A stretch of DNA of 59,655 nucleotides, filler included, from Diploschistes diacapsis (taxonomy: Eukaryota): the NCBI GenBank assembly GCA_023645945.1. It is 7 parts of 7 records of this genome, joined end to end, with 100 filler letters (N's around TTAATTAATTAA, not from the genome) between each part and the next. Parts side by side here need not be neighbours in the genome. Positions count along the whole stretch, not along the records: positions 17,092 to 25,529 come from JALAIB010001152.1; positions 25,630 to 34,065 come from JALAIB010001153.1; positions 34,166 to 42,599 come from JALAIB010001154.1; 4 more parts are not named here. One strand, written 5' to 3'. Numbering within the stretch: the stretch's first letter is position 1; every line of letters starts with the position of its first letter. The notes under the pieces are model-generated. The model was not told the DNA's origin and searched no databases. It saw only the letters and a list, made by a program, of their open reading frames with translations. Made by a program: the position numbers and the translations under genes. Positions 24,504-37,734 of the stretch are shown piece after piece.

Positions 24504-25205
24504 AGATAACAAGTTTTGGGGAAACATGGGTAAAAGAGTACTGGGTTGCTCCCGTTTCACAGTCGTGAAGAGCTTCTGAACATCGTTACTACACTGAGCA
24601 TAGATGTTGGAGGCTGCATACTCATAATACTGAAAGATCGCTTCCTGAAAAGTTAGCAAGGTTTCACATTGGCATAAAAAACTCTATGAAACGATGCTGT
24701 TGCTGTATACCAATCTCGACGGTCTATGTCCTTGTTTGTTATAGTCCACGAGGGGACACAGAAGTCTTGTGGTATCGAACAAGATCTAGCATAGATTCTT
24801 GGGTGCTTTAGGCTCTGGGTCATACAGAAGACACGGTGGTATAACTAGATCGACAGCTTAAAGTCCCAATGCGCTTTAACCTATTAATCTGCTACAAGGT
24901 CAATTTACTTGATCACTTTGGGGGGGGAGGGGGGCTAATGTGCAGGTACGAGTACGTGACGTTGTCTCTTGTGATTCTCGCCCAAAGAGTACATAGTAAG
25001 TAAGCTATTGCATTCGCAACACTTTGCCAACCCATTACAACGATGAGAAACAAAACCGTTCTGGCTTCGTTGCGCCCCTACTATGCACCGGTACGAGTCT
25101 TGCACGTAATAATGCACAGTCCCACCACGCTGTAATCTAGGTCCCTATACGACCTCACATATCCCAGCTCAACAATTCAAATATAGTTAGTTACATTCTG
25201 CCCCC

Positions 25206-25529
25206 TCACCACAAGATATACTGCGACTGCTGCGTAATCGGCCGATCGGGATGATGCACCCACGGCTTCTTCATCAACCTCTTCTGCTCCCTCTCCGCCG
25301 CCTGCCTGATCCTCGTCCTCTCCTCCTTCAAGATAAACGAGATGCCTATAAAACACCACCCCCCCTCATTAGCAGATGCCCCAACTCAAAAACCAATACG
25401 CGCCCAGGGGAAGCGAAGACTTACTAGTATGCGGCCTGAGAATCCGATCCATCCGCCCCCTCGCCCTCGGGAGCGCCAGCCTCTCAAACTTCCCCCTCCC
25501 CACCCACGCCTGGTCGATATAAATAGTAC
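25206..25529 (-). CDS. MRPL22: Mitochondrial ribosomal protein uL22m, 3' portion only (5' part lost at contig edge)
   Basis: Manual translation IYIDQAWVGRGKFERLALPRARGRMDRILRPHT|SISFILKEERTRIRQAAEREQKRLMKKPWVHHPDRPITQQSQYILW* with a GTAAGT..GCTAAT..TAG intron. RARGR and HTSISFILKE are uL22 hallmarks. Confidence 0.85.
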
Positions 25530-25629
25530 NNNNNNNNNNNNNNNNNNNNNNNNNNNNNNNNNNNNNNNNNNNNTTAATTAATTAANNNNNNNNNNNNNNN
25601 NNNNNNNNNNNNNNNNNNNNNNNNNNNNN
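25530..25629. other. Artificial contig linker
   Basis: N44-TTAATTAATTAA-N44. Confidence 0.98.
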
Positions 25630-27065
25630 GTGGGATAGGAGGACATTATTGTGTTGTGGTGGAGAAGAGGGGAGGGAGGTTGGGGCTTATGGTTTGTATG
25701 TGTGCGTGGACCATTGGACGGGGGTTATAGGATGGGAAAGATGGGAGTTTGTTCTCCTGTTAAGTATGCAGAAGGTCCTGTTTTGTCTAGTACGCGTGCA
25801 AAGAGGTTGCGCTTCCAAGGGGGATCAAGCTTCTTCTGCTAGTGTCGATAGCGCTGGCCATTAGTGCTGATAGGGCCCAAAGGAGGCGTTAGACGGACCT
25901 TGTTTTTCCATGCCATGCAGCAATTTGACCTGATAGCCCTGAAGCATATACGGAGGATCTAGGAGATCCCATATGTTCGTTGCCACGCCCTAAAGACCAT
26001 GGTGCGAGAATTGCCCAACCCGTCGAATCGGCATTCGAAATAGGCAATATGTTGGAATTCCGGGAGAATGGGCTGCCGCGCCACTGATGCAGGGAAGTTT
26101 GAAAAGCGCGAGATGGAGCATGACAAGCAGTGACGCCCAGTTGAAGCAAGCACATAGTCACTAACGGAGGTGCTTCCTAGCAACAAGACACTCTTTCGGG
26201 TGCACTGTTTCCGATGTTAAGAATGTGTGCCATATATGGACATAATTAGTCGCTGGTTTAAGTTGGATTCAAGTTGGTTTTTATCGCCAAGGAAAATGGC
26301 TGTGAAGAACTAGTCCAGCCGTTAGCACGCCGAACTCCCCGTTCGCATAAAGCGTGCCAAAGGGACTTGAAGTAGATGAGGTGTGCTAACAGTCGAGCTG
26401 CCCTGGAGTCTGCTGTTGCTTCTACAAAATAGAAAATAAGTAGGTTGCCTGTTCAGTTCAATGCTTCATTCTCCTATTTTGAAACCCCAATTACATTACA
26501 CGTCCAAGCTTGATTGTACCAAGCGCAGAACATAGGTAAGTGCATGCATGTAACTCGTTCATACGTTAGAACTGCACAGTTTCTTTCGCATCGCAATGCA
26601 CAAGGCCTCGACCGGCAACTATGTGCCTAGTGTGCCGACAAACATGTCATGGTGCATCTCGGCGCTTTCAGCAAATCAGTATCGAAACCGAAACCCACGG
26701 CCTCGACACGGATAATACGTGCATTATCGGGCTGTGGAACAGTTGAAGTTCCCATCTGAAATCCTTCTCCACCCTTGAGGCTGAGGCTTACTTTCTCTTA
26801 ACGCTTTATTCTGCGAAATTGCCCATTTGTATTCAAACCCCGTCAGCACCTGCCTGTGCCTGTCTCGCCGTGCCACTAGTGCTGAACCTGTTCTACTTTC
26901 CATAGGCCTCAGGCTGCATGGAGTGGTAGGAGTGGTAGCAGCAGCCATGCGCGGTCTGGGTGGCCGTGGCAAGCTTCAGCCGGGTTTTCTCACCCACCAT
27001 GATCGTGAATTATCTACATCGTGCCTCCGTGCATCGTCTTCCAGACAAGTTGCTACGTCTCGACC

Positions 27066-30000
27066 ATGGCTGGCCTTGGCTTCATGAACGAGCAGCAACA
27101 GACCATCGAAGCGCTCCCCAAAGGGCCAGACTACATTGATTCCGGTACCTGTCGATGCTCTCTCCAGGCGACGAACGTCCAGCAGCAGGACAATAATAAC
27201 GCTCTCGTGAGCGAGGCATGGCGATGCACGTTGAATCAAACGGCCAACCCCTACGTCGGGGCGTCTGGCATGTGGTTTGTGCCGACAAATACACCAGATA
27301 GCCTTGGGCTGGACTTTGCTCAGAACGAAAGCTGGGCCGGAAATCCTCCAAGCTTGCAGACGCCGTACATCCTCCAAGGGCCAGACAACCGGTTCAACGG
27401 GTCCCTAGTTCCGTACAACAGCGAAAGTCCAAGCGGCTTAGACTCCGACGATCAGAAGTGCACCGGGCAGAACGACACGGATGCCAGCACTTTGTACTAT
27501 GAGGGTGTCCAGAAGCAACTGCAGAAGAACAGCCTTTTGCTTCGGGATACCTGCCTTCTTAAAGGCTCCGTGGCCGTTCCACTGGGGAACGTCTCCTACT
27601 TTGAGAAGAATGGTTGTCCTCTTGGCTTCCTCTGTAAGTCACATTCCCTCAGCAGGATCCAGCAGATCTGACTTCGTCAAGGCACGAGCGCATCTGCTAT
27701 ACAAATACCGCTGTACTGTCCTCCGCTACCGCTCTGCCAACTAGCTCGACTCTCGCAAGAAACCTGTCCTCCACAAGGCTATTTCGAACCCGTCATTTGC
27801 AATAAGGGAGCCTATTGCCCACCCGGTGGCAAGCTGGCCCTTCCGTGTCCACAAGGAAATTTCTGTCCCTACGGATCTTACCAGCCCCAAAAATGTACGA
27901 TTGGCGCAAGCTGTCCGCAAAGCTCATCCTACAACATGAGTTTTTTGCCGCTCGCTCTGCTCATATTATTTGATGTAGCTATGGTGGGTATACTTGTATT
28001 CTTGAAATTCAGGCAGTGGATCAGCAAGAGGAGGCATTCGAGCAAGCCTGCAAAAGGACTGCTGCGACGAACAGGAACATTCATGGAGATGACGAAGCGC
28101 AACAACCAGGCATATGAATTCTTGGAGGAGAACGGCCACCCAATAGCCGAGGCCAGGATTTCGTCTCTTCAAAGGTCGAATACCGTAGGTTTCATGGCAG
28201 CAATCGAGCCCGACTTTCTCTACGACGAGGCGCTTGCAAACGACGACAAACCGAGCCCGGAATTGCAGATGTTCGTGCAGTCTCTATCGAGGTGCATGGA
28301 CACCACCAAATTCGGACTGAGCTTCGAGTTTGAGAACCTAGAATTCAAGCCTCGGAAGGCCGTCCAACCTATCTTGTCCCAGGTGACGGGAAGAATTCCT
28401 TACGGGTCCTTTTGTGCGGTTATGGGTGGATCTGGTGCAGGCAAATGTAGGCCTGACCGCGGCGCGTTTCACAGCACAAGCTAACGAATGCGCAGCCACA
28501 TTCTTCAACGTCTTGATGGGTAAGCAGTCACATACCGGAGGAACGACGAAAGTCAACGGCATGCCAAGCAAGATCTCCAAATACAAAAAGATCATAGGAT
28601 ACGTTCCGCAAGACGATATCGTGCTCCCGGAGCTCACGGTTCGGGAGAACATCTTGCACTCTGCTCGGATTAGGCTCCCAGCCAGCTGGAAACCCTCCGA
28701 GATCGAGCGCCACGTCGATGTCCTCCTCGCCTGCCTCCAGCTTGCGCACGTTAAGGACTCGCTAGTCGGAAGTCCTGCAGCTCCGGTCATCTCTGGCGGT
28801 CAACGGAAACGAGTAAGCATCGGAATGGAACTTGCGGCTGCACCTATGGCCCTGTTCCTGGACGAGCCCACCTCCGGGCTCGATGCAACGTCTGCGTCCT
28901 CCGTCATGTCTTTACTCAAAGCGCTGTCCCGAATCGGCATCACGATCGTTGCAATCATCCATCAACCTCGGCAAGAAATCTACGAATCTCTCGACGAAAT
29001 AATCCTTCTCGGACAAGGGCGCATGCTCTTCCAAGGCAACCGAGAAGACGTGCAGACCTACTTCGAGCAACTGAGCTTCATGTTCCCTGAGCACGGCAAC
29101 CCAGCAGATGTCGTCATGGACATCATCGCGGGCCAGGGTCACGCTTACAAGCGCGTCGGCGAAACCGGCCTCCCCGCTCTCATCGAAAACTGGAGAAACT
29201 GCCACGAAGCAAACCTCCTACGCCGCCCGGGCTCTACGGCGACCCTGACGCAAAAAGAGATGTCCACGCTCCGCAAATCCATCCGCCACCGCGGCGCGTA
29301 CTGGTACGGCCAGATCTACTACTGTTACGCCCGCTCCATCCTGCAGCAATGGCGCCTGAAACACAACTTCTTCTTCGAAATGGGTACCGCATCGCTCGCC
29401 GGCTTCCTCGGCGGCCTCACCGAGAACTCGAACCACGGCAACATCTTCACCGGCAACTTCTACGAGCCCTACCTCACGCTCGGCTCTGCCACGAACTACC
29501 AGTCCGTCCCGCAAATGTCGTTGCTCATCGGCCTCTCCATCGGCCTGATCGCCGCGTCCCCCGGCGTGAAGGTGTTCGGCGAAGAGAAGCTCGTGTACCG
29601 GCGCGAAGCGGCCGCGGGACACAACAAGTTCGCTTACTACATCGGCAAGGTTTTCTCCGTGCTGCCGCGCATCATTCTGGCGGCCGCGCACTTCACTGTG
29701 TTCTTCATGCTCCTCGCCACCCCGATCATAGCATGGTGGGACTCCTTCTTCGCCAACCTGCTCTACTTCTACACCATCTACGGCCTCGCCTCTGTCGTCA
29801 GCATGCTCTTCCGGCGCGAAGACGGACCCCTCCTTGCCGTGCTAGCCAGCTTGATCGTGGGCTTCCTGAACGGCATGAGTCCGACGCTAAAGCAGGTGTT
29901 CGAGTGGCACGCGGGCTGGCTGTGGCAGGCGAGCCCGGGGACGTGGCTGGCCGAGGCGTACTTCACACAGAACATTACGCCGCTGGCGTATCTGTTTGAT

Positions 30001-30141
30001 ATTAGTAATGCGAGTGACGAGGCGGGGTATACGCTTAATAGATACCCGTTCGATATGCTGATGTTGTTTGTGCTTGGGACAGCGTATAGGATGCTGGCGT
30101 TTCTGGGGCTCGTGGGGTTCAATAGGTCAAAGCAGAAATGA
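27066..30141 (+). CDS. Half-size ABCG (White-type) transporter with Cys-rich N-terminal ectodomain and extra TM before the NBD, 3 exons
   Basis: Walker A MGGSGAGK|STF split by an intron (~28448-28496), Q-loop GYVPQDD, signature ISGGQRKRVSIG, LFLDEPTSGLD, IIHQPR, C-terminal ABC2 TMD. N-terminus has CxxGxY/FCP repeats. Start codon uncertain. Confidence 0.9.
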
Positions 30142-30816
30142 GAGAGGGTAGGTAGGAAGGGGGAGGGGGGGGCGACTTTGAGGAAGGGAAGCCGGCGAGC
30201 ATGGCGTTTGGAGGGTATAGCGTTTGAGCGTTGCATTTGGTGCATGAAAAAAGGACATTATACATATTTGATTGAAGATACGCCTATGTTGGGCACAATG
30301 TCCGTGCCTCGCTTCTCAAAGCGGTTCCTCGGCGCATCCATACTCGGTCTAATCCAAGGCTTTGATATAAACCTTCTTCAGGTAGCCCGGAAATGCGAGA
30401 GCTCTGGAGATGCAAGTCGCTTGATTACTGTGATTGGGTCCAAGGAGACGCATGTCTAGCTCGAGCCTCCAGACAAGTCTATCTAGGTTGAGAGCCAGCT
30501 CAAAAGAACGCTCTCCGAATACCCGTCTGTTTCCAGCTCCGAGCCCCCCCTCTGAGGGTTCATGTATAATGATGACACGTCGCCAAACCTTCCAGCCCTC
30601 CCGCCAGAAGCCTACCGCATGAAACAGAGAGGAGATAGAAACCCCATATCTATTTACACAACATGAAAACAAGTCCCCGTAACTCTCACTCACTACTTCT
30701 ACCCTTCAGGATATTTCATTAGAAAAATCCCATTGCTCCTCTCACCTTTGCTGCATGCCCGGACCCCAACCTCAAACTCACCCTCAAAACCCTTCCTCCA
30801 GCGCTACCTTCCACCC

Positions 30817-31648
30817 TCAATCATCGACTCCATGCTGAGAAACCCCCGGTGAGCTCCTCGAGCCACCGGCCGAGCCGCCGGCGGAGCCTCCGCCAAGGCC
30901 CCGCACGGGAATACTGTCGTCGAGGGCGATCATGTCCGCGAGCACGTCGAGCACGGGTTTGGGCACCGTTTTGTCGTATATCGAGATCAGGTCTGACGGC
31001 TGCGGGTAGACCTTCAGCGCCTTGTAGAAGTAGAGCGCGGCGTCGACGTCGTCGGCTCCTGTTGTTTTGGGCCGGTTAGCATCGTCGAGCAACTAGCAGA
31101 TAGCACACGAGTGTAAAATCGGAGTGAGGGATTCTCGGCGTGCAGAATGTCGAAGGAAAAGGGAAGACCGTGTAGGAGTGAAGGAGGGGAAAATGGAGGA
31201 AGAGGGGGCCTGCATACCCTGCTGCGATAGCATCTCGCCCTGGCTGACCTGCTCCATGAAGTACGCTTCCTTCTCTTCCGAGTTCTCGGGGAAGCCTTCC
31301 GCCTTGGCGGCGTTGACGGCCTCCTTGATGGCCTCGCGTTGCGCCGTGCTCTGCTGCTCGGCTTTCGAGCGCGCGATCTTGGCTTCCTTTTGGGATTCAC
31401 GCTTCAGCGCTCTGCGGAACTCGGCGTCCGTGCGGCGCTTGTGGTCGAAGTAAGCGGCATATGCTGGGATGGTGAGTTGGAAGCGGTTTTTTTTTGAGGA
31501 TAGGTGGGTTCTAAGGGAGAATGGAACAGGGGGAGGTGTGGAAGTAGAGTACTGCGACTGGACTGTACGTACCTAGAAAGCCGGCGACGGCGACACCGAC
31601 GGTGGCTGCAACTACGGCTGAGGGCCGTAATGTCGAGGAGTCGGACAT
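30817..31648 (-). CDS. TOM20: Mitochondrial import receptor Tom20, 3 exons
   Basis: N-terminal TM then [64 protein letters not shown]. Confidence 0.93.
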
Positions 31649-31857
31649 GTTGTGTGGGATGAGTGTCTATAGAATCAGCCGGGAGGAGGAATGGGCACTG
31701 ATCAGAGCTCCGTTGTTTGCATAGCTACAGACAAATTTCCAGGCGGCGATCTGAATTGCAGGGGTGAGGCTTGGCACGGCGGATACTCCGCTGCATAAAG
31801 TTTAACCAGCTCGTCACTTCCACACAAGGAACATTGGGTTCTTTCCAATAAGCCAAG

Positions 31858-34065
31858 ATGAGTGCTCCGTATCCTACTAACGGCGACAGAAGCGGCAAGT
31901 CTCTACGCCAAAACAAAACCCGTCGTCAGGCGATCCAAGACCCTTTCGAACTAAGAAATGGCATCCCCGAGCAACGGCCGCAGCTGCCTTTACCTCAAGC
32001 GTCTCAGGGTTCTGGTATTTCGCAGATAAGTCAAGAACGACGTAGCAGCGAGAGCGCTAGATCCAGTGAGGCGCGACCACGGCCACGTCCGAAAGCGGAT
32101 GATAGTACCTCGAATCTTGTGAAGAAGAGGTACTCGGTCAGATATGGACAGGCGCCGGACGTCAGCCAGGGCGCGCCTGCCATTCCGAGCATGCCTCGAC
32201 TGCCACAAGGATTTACGCAACAGCAGAACGGGAGCAGTACTAGCTTGGTTCAACAGGACCAAGCGGTGGATATGCGGGCTCTGAGGGATCCCAACTTGCA
32301 GCCGGATCAATGTGGGTAGTTGTCCCTCTGCTGGCTGGACACAGGCTAATCAAGGCAGATGTTGCCGGTTTCTTAGCAACTGCCAGCGAGCAAGAGTTGG
32401 CCAGCTATCAGAAAGACCTCCGCAGCGTGAAGAACAGGGCATCTACCGATTTACAGCGCAACGTCAACCAAAACCGGACGCAGTTCATCAAGATCAGCAA
32501 GGAAGCTGAAAAGCTCAAGGGCGAGATGCGGACGCTACAAGGGTTGATGAACGATCTGACAATCACCCTCGACCAGGCGGCTGCCACTAGCGGATCCCAG
32601 CGTGACGACATGGTGCGCAAGAGGAAAAACCGCAGCTCGGTTGCCAACCTGGAGGCTATGTGGAGTACCCAGCTACAGGCCCTGTGGAAGCAAATTGAAG
32701 GCTCCCAAAAATTCATCGCAGCGATCCCAGGTCGACACGTCATTCTCGAACAAGCCGGCTGGACAGAGCTAGACGCTGCCACATGGAAAGCCAAGAAGCC
32801 CATCCACCTCATCCTTCTGAACGATAATCTGCTGGTCGCTGCCCGCCGGCGGAAGCGTGTTGACCCGAACCTCGCCAAACAAGGCATGAAAGTTCCCACA
32901 AAAATTGTCGCCGAGCGCTGCATGCCGCTACAAGAAATCGACATCATCGACCTCCAAACCGGTGTCAGGGATCTCCCAAGCCGATCCGGCTCGTCGCAAC
33001 AACAAACTGCCGGCGCAATCTCGGTCCGCCATGGCGCCGAGTCCTTTACGTACCGCCGCGATCAGCCCGACGGCAGCCAACTAACGGACTTGATCTTTGC
33101 GTTCAAGCGAGCAGCCGAAGAACTCCGCCGCACAGAGCAAGCTGAGACCGAAGCGGCCAACAAAACACAAGACTCACTGAACTATCTCGCTATCCGCGAC
33201 ACCGCCGTGACCAACACTCAGGACCTCATGCGAAGCTTCGGCAACGCTGCTGACCGCCCAGAGCTCCTCATCGATGTGGAGGGCAAGCAGCGCAACATGC
33301 GCTGGGTAGAGACGCAGATCGACGAGCTGGACATCGAGGTAGCCTTGCAGCGTTTCGAAGAGGCTGTTAGCCGGGTCGAGTTCCTGAGGCATATTGCTCG
33401 AGGCTTGAAGGGAAATAGCGTTGCGCAAGAGCTGATCAATACAAAGGTCAACGAGAGAGCGAGCAAGCTTGCCGGTGAGTTTCCTCTTTGCTATGTGGTT
33501 AAAACGCGTGTGCCCGAATCCCCGTTCGGTTTCGTCCGGCGATGTCTCATCGCTTACTATACACTGCCTTGGCTTCACCCAAACGCGGATTACTGCACTT
33601 TTAGTCATCCGGCTTGAACCTCAACCCTGCGCTGCCCGACTCCATTCCCACAAACGCCTGTGCCATCTTTTTCACCACTCCCGTTAACCCCCCTTACCCC
33701 CTTCTCAAGAATCCCAGTTACTGACCCCCCCTCTCCAAACAGAAACCCTAACCTCCCTCCTCTCCACCTCCACCTCCCTCCCCAGCGCAACAGCAACCTA
33801 CACCTCCTTCCTCTCCCGCCTCTCCCTCGCCACCCTCGCCCGCACAACCTTCCTCTCCTCCCGCACCGCCACCATCGCGGCGCGCGCCCGGCAGTGCATC
33901 TTCGAGGGCAATGTCCTGGCGCACATCTCGTCGCTGGCATACATCTACTTCACGCTCATCCGCAACACGGTCGCCATCTACCAGCAGTGTTTCCCGGCGC
34001 AGATGAGCAGCGCGTGCGTCAGCTGGGCGAAGGGGCAGCTGGATGCGTTCAATGCGGTTCTGGCG
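31858..34065 (+). CDS. EXO84: Exocyst subunit Exo84, 3' truncated by contig end
   Basis: SNLVKKRYS, DLQRNVNQNRTQFIKISKEAEKLKGEM, RSSVANLEAMW, PH-like LILLNDNLLVAARRRKR, IDELDIEVALQRFEEAV. Introns at ~32312 and ~33475-33742. Confidence 0.9.
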
Positions 34066-34165
34066 NNNNNNNNNNNNNNNNNNNNNNNNNNNNNNNNNNN
34101 NNNNNNNNNTTAATTAATTAANNNNNNNNNNNNNNNNNNNNNNNNNNNNNNNNNNNNNNNNNNNN
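34066..34165. other. Artificial contig linker
   Basis: N44-TTAATTAATTAA-N44. Confidence 0.98.
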
Positions 34166-34671
34166 GTTGTTGGCTTTGTTGGGATACGAAGGGTACGGTG
34201 GGGCGGGGGAGGCCATTGCAGATCGAGCGAGGGAGGCGAGGGAGGAGAAAGGGCGGCGGGAGGTGCGAGAGAGGGAGTGGTGGCTTTGAAGGCATGGTTG
34301 TTGGTAGAGAATGGGAACTTTGCTTGGGATGCAAAAAAAATTGGGAGGTTCAAGCAGGAGTGAGTGACTAAGCAGGACATATGGTTCTTGGCATCAAACT
34401 TTACCCATTCGTGGAGACTGGCATTCGAGTTTGTTGGCTCCATCATCTGCATAGCGTACATCCTTGATTGCCCCCAGTTTCTTATGTCGTCCACACCACA
34501 TCTGTAAACGAACGACATTGAATGAGACGAACAAGTGCCAACCCCCGGCACCAGATGCCCGACGCCAACTCGCTATGCCTTGCTGACTTCGCATCGACAT
34601 AAGAAATGCGTCCATAAATAACGATAGGCTGCGTTCAAGTGAAATATTCTCAAAAGTGCCGATTCAACGCC

Positions 34672-36550
34672 TCATGCCACCTGCACTTCGCTTGCAAGTT
34701 CCTTTCCCTCTCCAAAGCTAGCCTTCTGTTCACCATTGGCCTTCTTCGCCTCAGCCTCCTTCTTCTTCCTCTCCGCCCACTGCTTGCTCGCCGATCTTCC
34801 CCTCTCCGCCGCCTGAGCGCGTGCTTTCTTCGTGGCCTCCATTTTCTCCTTGAGCGCCTTATGCTGCTCCTCCTCTTGTGCCTTGAAGCTGTTCACAGTA
34901 CTCTTGCCACGGACACTACCCGATTTAGCTGCTGGGATGGTCGCAGTAACTGCTTTGTTCGGCGATGACACCGAGCGAGATGGGAGTGTGACTGACGGCG
35001 ATGGGCGGAAAGTCGAAAGTCGTGCTGCCGGAGCAGTTGGCTTCGACACAGGCCCATCTACAACAGCTTTGGTGCTCGAGACTCTTGGTTTGGGGCCCGT
35101 CTTTGCGATTATAGGAACATCAATTCCCCCAGTCACCTTCCCGGCTTGCGCAAGACTAAGCCTAGCCCTGCTCGCTGCATTCTGACGCGGTAATGTTGCA
35201 GAGCCAATGCTGGACACGCGACCATTTGGTGCCGGTCTTGCCTTGAATTCTCGGTTGAACTTCTTTTCCTCTTCCTCCTTCTTAAGACGATCTTCGCGCT
35301 GCGCTTTGAGCTTTGCGGAGATGGCTTCGCCAGGAAGTGTAAACGTTGAGCGTGTAGGTGCCTTGGTGGATTTCGTGGGCACGAAGGGAGGGTTGGTAAC
35401 CGAGGAGACGCGAGGTTTCTGTGGCTTTAGCGCTGGCTTTGTGGCTGAGTTGGGCGGTTTGGAGGGAGTGGCTCTGGTGGACCTTGGCCGTGTTGGTTGA
35501 GAGCCCTTCTGAACGGGGCCTGCTGATTTGGTAAGGGAGGGCTGCGAGGGCTTCTTGGCGATGGCTGGACGACTTCCAGCCGGTTTTGCAGCAGAAGGCT
35601 TCTGCAAGGAGGCTTTTGGCATGCTGACTCTGCGCTCGCCAATAGGCTTTGATGTGTTGGCTTTGGGCTTTGTTGCCTCTTTCTTTGAAATTAACGGTTT
35701 GACGGTGCCCGAGTTCTTGGATGCAGGCTTTCGTTCCTTAGTAGGCGCGAGTGCCTCTGGAGCCACAATGAAAGATTCGCCAGCTTTCTCAATGGCCTCT
35801 TGGAGGGCATCAATTGCCTCAACACTGTCCTCAATGCGCGGGCTCTTTTCAGGCGAAACCTTGGTTACACCCGTATCTGGAGTAGCCATATTTTCCTCTT
35901 GAACTTCCTCTGCAATAGGTTCTGCATTCATGATTTTGGCAGGCGAGCGACTTCCAATGGCTGCGACGAAAGAATCCTCCGTAGGATTCTGCTTAGTTGC
36001 GGATTCAGGGGCTTTATGAATCTTAGGGTTGAAGCGGGGTGTTTCAGATTTCGGCGACAACTTCCTTCTGGCAGCGCGAACCGCCTTTGAAGGCGGTGTC
36101 TGGGGTCTTCGGTCCAAATATGGTGCGCGAAAGTTCTCTGTTGTTGATGTGGTTAGCCCGCGCTCTAATTGACGCAAAAAAAAGTTCATCAGTACCATCT
36201 TTCCCTCCGTTCCTAAGCTCTTGGCACGCTTCTTCGATGGCTGAAGTACTCGAGGAACTCTCGTAGTCGTCTTCAAGAACCATTGGGTCTCTCCCGGGCC
36301 GATCATTCTCCTTATTGACAGGCTTCTTCTTGCGTCCGACGCGTTTATCTTTCTTTGCCGAGACGGCCTTTCCAGGTTTCTTCATGTCGACATCTGGCTG
36401 AATCCTGGGCGGTGCTTCCTCGTTCAGCAATATCTCGCCTAGCGGAGCGCGGTCGCCGCCTTTCTGGGGTGTCGAAGGCAATGGCACTGCAGCTGCATCT
36501 TCCAAGTCTTCAAATATAGCGTTGCGCAAAGCAGCGCGCGTGCGAGGCAT
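34672..36550 (-). CDS. Basic disordered protein with TPX2-like FKARP motif and C-terminal coiled coil (putative microtubule-associated), 2 exons
   Basis: Intron 36195-36138 (GTACTG..GCTAAC..CAG) joins the two track ORFs in frame. Contains D-box-like RAPLGEI, a KEN box (NKEND), and PTRSTFTLPGEAISAKLK..EFKARPAP. Confidence 0.75.
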
Positions 36551-36617
36551 GGTAGATGTGGTAAGCCTTGCACAAAGCGTGGGAACAAGAGATAATATGT
36601 GTATGCAGGTATGTTAT

Positions 36618-36911
36618 TTGTTTACTATCTGGATCAAAAGACAAGGGATGAGTGGCAGCCTAAAGATCTGAACTGGATGGTTGGTATGTGTGTATGGCAG
36701 CTTCCTACTGCTGTGAAGGCAGCCGGGCTTAAATGAGAGTTATGCAGAGCGGGCTAGAATGGTTTGTTTACTTTGATGCTCGCTTAGCACGCTAGGAGCA
36801 ACCGCGACAAGTCACGTCACGTCACGCTAGAAGCCGCATCTCTTAGCTGTGGTCTGGCTCGGATGGGCTGAGAGCGGCGCGTTGCGAGCCCTAAGCGTGT
36901 TTTTGACGCGT
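36618..36911. promoter_or_regulatory. Putative cell-cycle promoter elements: two forkhead sites and one MCB
   Basis: TTGTTTAC (=GTAAACAA) at 36618 and 36764, ACGCGT at 36906, all upstream of the FKARP gene ATG at 36550. Confidence 0.45.
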
Positions 36912-37734
36912 CTCTGCCCGACGTGACGGAACCTCGTTGTAACTTGTTTCGTAAGCTAGTATAGTGAGTCACTGCGACGAAGATGGTTCTATGTACCTAT
37001 TCGCTCTGGGAGTGAAACTTCAATACCTAGCACTCCACTGATGTTTCATAGTACTTACCCGCCACTCAGATCATTGAATCACTGCTGGGGAATACTTCAG
37101 TCTATCCTGGTTTCACGCAAAACCTTTGCATCGAAGGGGCTTGAAAAGCCATCGCTGCTGCCCGATAGCTAAATACTGTGGCTCCCACTCGTAACATATT
37201 TTCAACATCTGCTCGGGTAACTTTTCGTGGTCGTAGGAAAGACAGCATCCTTGATTCCAGAAGGTGAAGTCGCATAGATTATGCAGGACGATGTCAGTAG
37301 CGAAACTGAGCTGTTCAATACCCTTAGAGTGTCTCCAGTGGATTCCTCCATGTTCATGGAGCTCTCTTTCTGTTAGGGAGGTTTGAGCGAGCCGCAGCGA
37401 ATAGAACTGGATTGAAAGAGTTGCACGGGTCCGTGGCCAGGTAAGAAGAGGCTAAAGCATTACTCCGCAGAAGCGCAGGCCAGGTATATAATCGTGTCCT
37501 ACAGTATTGGGTTGCCACCCTGTGGCTTGACAGGCACGAAGCAAAAAGATAAAGCACAAGGTCAAAGCGAAAATCATAAGCGTTCATTCGTCGTAACCAC
37601 AATTGCATCACCCTAATCCAGTAATTACCCAAGGACTCAGCAGCCATCGCCCGCGATCCGGTACTATCCAAAGAACGACCATCCCACTCAGAAGCCCCTC
37701 TGGTCCTCAAACCCACCAGTCCTACGGTCAAGTC

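Noticed and set aside
25630..25646. ATG at 25646 as the start of MRPL22 across the gap
   Set aside because: It lies on a different contig, and the linker does not imply adjacency.
36044..36306. Frameshift between ORFs 36044-36550 and 34672-36306
   Set aside because: Explained by a canonical intron at 36195-36138.
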